Assembly: GCA_017527825.1 (NCBI GenBank)
Contig: JAFXPO010000040.1
Coordinates: forward strand, 19,952 to 51,951
Reading direction: 5' to 3'
Length of the DNA: 32,000 nucleotides
Source of the DNA: Oscillospiraceae bacterium
Lineage (GTDB): Bacteria > Bacillota > Clostridia > Oscillospirales > Oscillospiraceae
Within the stretch, counting starts at the first letter, position 1, and each line of letters starts with the position of its first letter. The notes below the pieces were generated by a model. That model was not told the DNA's origin, made no database searches, and worked only from the letters and a program-made list of their open reading frames with translations. Shown here in pieces: positions 31,595-32,000 of this stretch. The position numbers and the translations under genes were made by a program.

Positions 31595-31754
31595 AAAAGT
31601 TGCGTTTTTGATTTTCGAAATTTTTTGACCACAGACCAAGTCATAGACAGGATCGAAACGCACTCCGGCAACGGAGCGCATTCTTTTGCGTTTTCGGCCC
31701 TTTTTTAGTTACTGCCCGGAAGAATTTTACCGATGAGGGCTTGGGCGGCGGGCC

Positions 31755-31784
31755 TGAGACGGTGCCAAATTTGGCACCATCTCA
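31755..31784. repeat. 30-bp near-perfect palindrome (18-bp perfect core)
   Basis: TGAGACGGTGCCAAATTTGGCACCATCTCA. The core GGTGCCAAATTTGGCACC (31761-31778) is perfect, and the outer arms have one mismatched pair. Confidence 0.7.
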
Positions 31785-31940
31785 ACCATGAACAGGGGGC
31801 TAATTTGGCAGGGGGTTAACATTTGGCTTGAGAGTTTTCGCCTTGGAAAGAGCCACCCTACCATGTGCCAAATTTGATATGCTCCCTCTATGAGAGACAG
31901 TGAAAAAGGAAAATGCTGTCAGCATAGGGGGAGCAATGTT

Positions 31941-32000
31941 ATGCCAAATAAGCAAAAGCTGGAAGCAGAAGAAAAGGTGAAGATAGTCCTTGAGTACCTC
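31941..32000 (+). CDS. first 20 codons of a transposase-like (IS3-type OrfA-like HTH) ORF, truncated by the window
   Basis: RBS AGGGGGAG, then an ATG at 31941. MPNKQKLEAEEKVKIVLEYL resembles the xEEKxxIVxEY N-terminus I associate with IS3-family OrfA proteins. There is very little sequence to judge from. Confidence 0.35.
   Translation, partial: MPNKQKLEAEEKVKIVLEYL

Larger units (their letters stand above)
31505..31649 (+). repeat. right copy of the direct repeat (attR-like)
   Basis: See the left copy: 64 bp perfect, then 71/81 identical, with a constant offset of 22,080 bp. Confidence 0.85.

Noticed and set aside
31345-31733. 1. A weak third copy of the tRNA-downstream motif: GACCACAGCACAGCTATAGA at 31376-31395, against GACCACAGCGCAAGTCATAGA at 9547-9567.
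2. Three copies of TTAGTTAC (13484, 31345, 31705), two of them followed by GAAGA(A)TTTT. The copy at 13484 forms the 5' UTR of integrase 2.
   Set aside because: The matches are short (8-20 nt), were found by eye, differ in spacing and orientation, and are not statistically testable here. They could be scars of older att sites or integrase leaders, but I cannot support that.
1-32000. CRISPR arrays, rRNA genes, and additional tRNAs.
   Set aside because: I saw no regularly spaced short repeats, no rRNA-like sequence, and no further cloverleaf-compatible segment other than tRNA-Pro and its 3' fragment.

Overview
This looks like a high-GC chromosomal segment from a Clostridia-type organism; the taxon is an inference from protein flavour and composition only.

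Left part, 1-9.4 kb. The genes look like housekeeping genes:
- an amidase-domain gene fragment
- a small membrane protein
- HU
- a DUF4317-like protein
- a UvrD/PcrA-type helicase
- a co-directional minus-strand string: cNMP-binding protein, DJ-1/PfpI, SUV3-like helicase, SIR2/AbiH-like protein

A 590-bp AT-rich spacer carrying four DnaA-box-like sites precedes tRNA-Pro(GGG) at 9396-9471.

Repeat-bounded block. The tRNA 3' portion plus its downstream sequence is repeated exactly 22,080 bp to the right. The repeat is 64 bp perfect, then 71/81 identical and ungapped. It brackets a mosaic island-like block that contains:
- a yaaA-bcp peroxide-stress pair
- two overlapping tyrosine integrase genes with an RHH / HTH / excisionase module
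- a roughly 12.5-kb co-directional string with no room for terminators: IetA-like AAA ATPase, IetS-like S8 protease, hsdM, hsdS, a 70-aa membrane protein, a 362-aa unknown protein, hsdR, an SplB-like radical SAM enzyme, and a tautomerase-glutaredoxin fusion
- a tight fic-cyclase-LOG-GIY-YIG operon

Right of the repeat lie a palindromic motif array and the first 20 codons of a transposase-like ORF.

Best candidates for something undescribed:
1. The AT-rich two-gene cassette (small TM protein plus 362-aa protein) that is translationally wired between hsdS and hsdR.
2. The radical SAM / tautomerase-Grx pair trailing hsdR.
3. The SIR2(AbiH)-like / SUV3-like helicase pair.

All family names come from motif recognition and memory. 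No database search was run.
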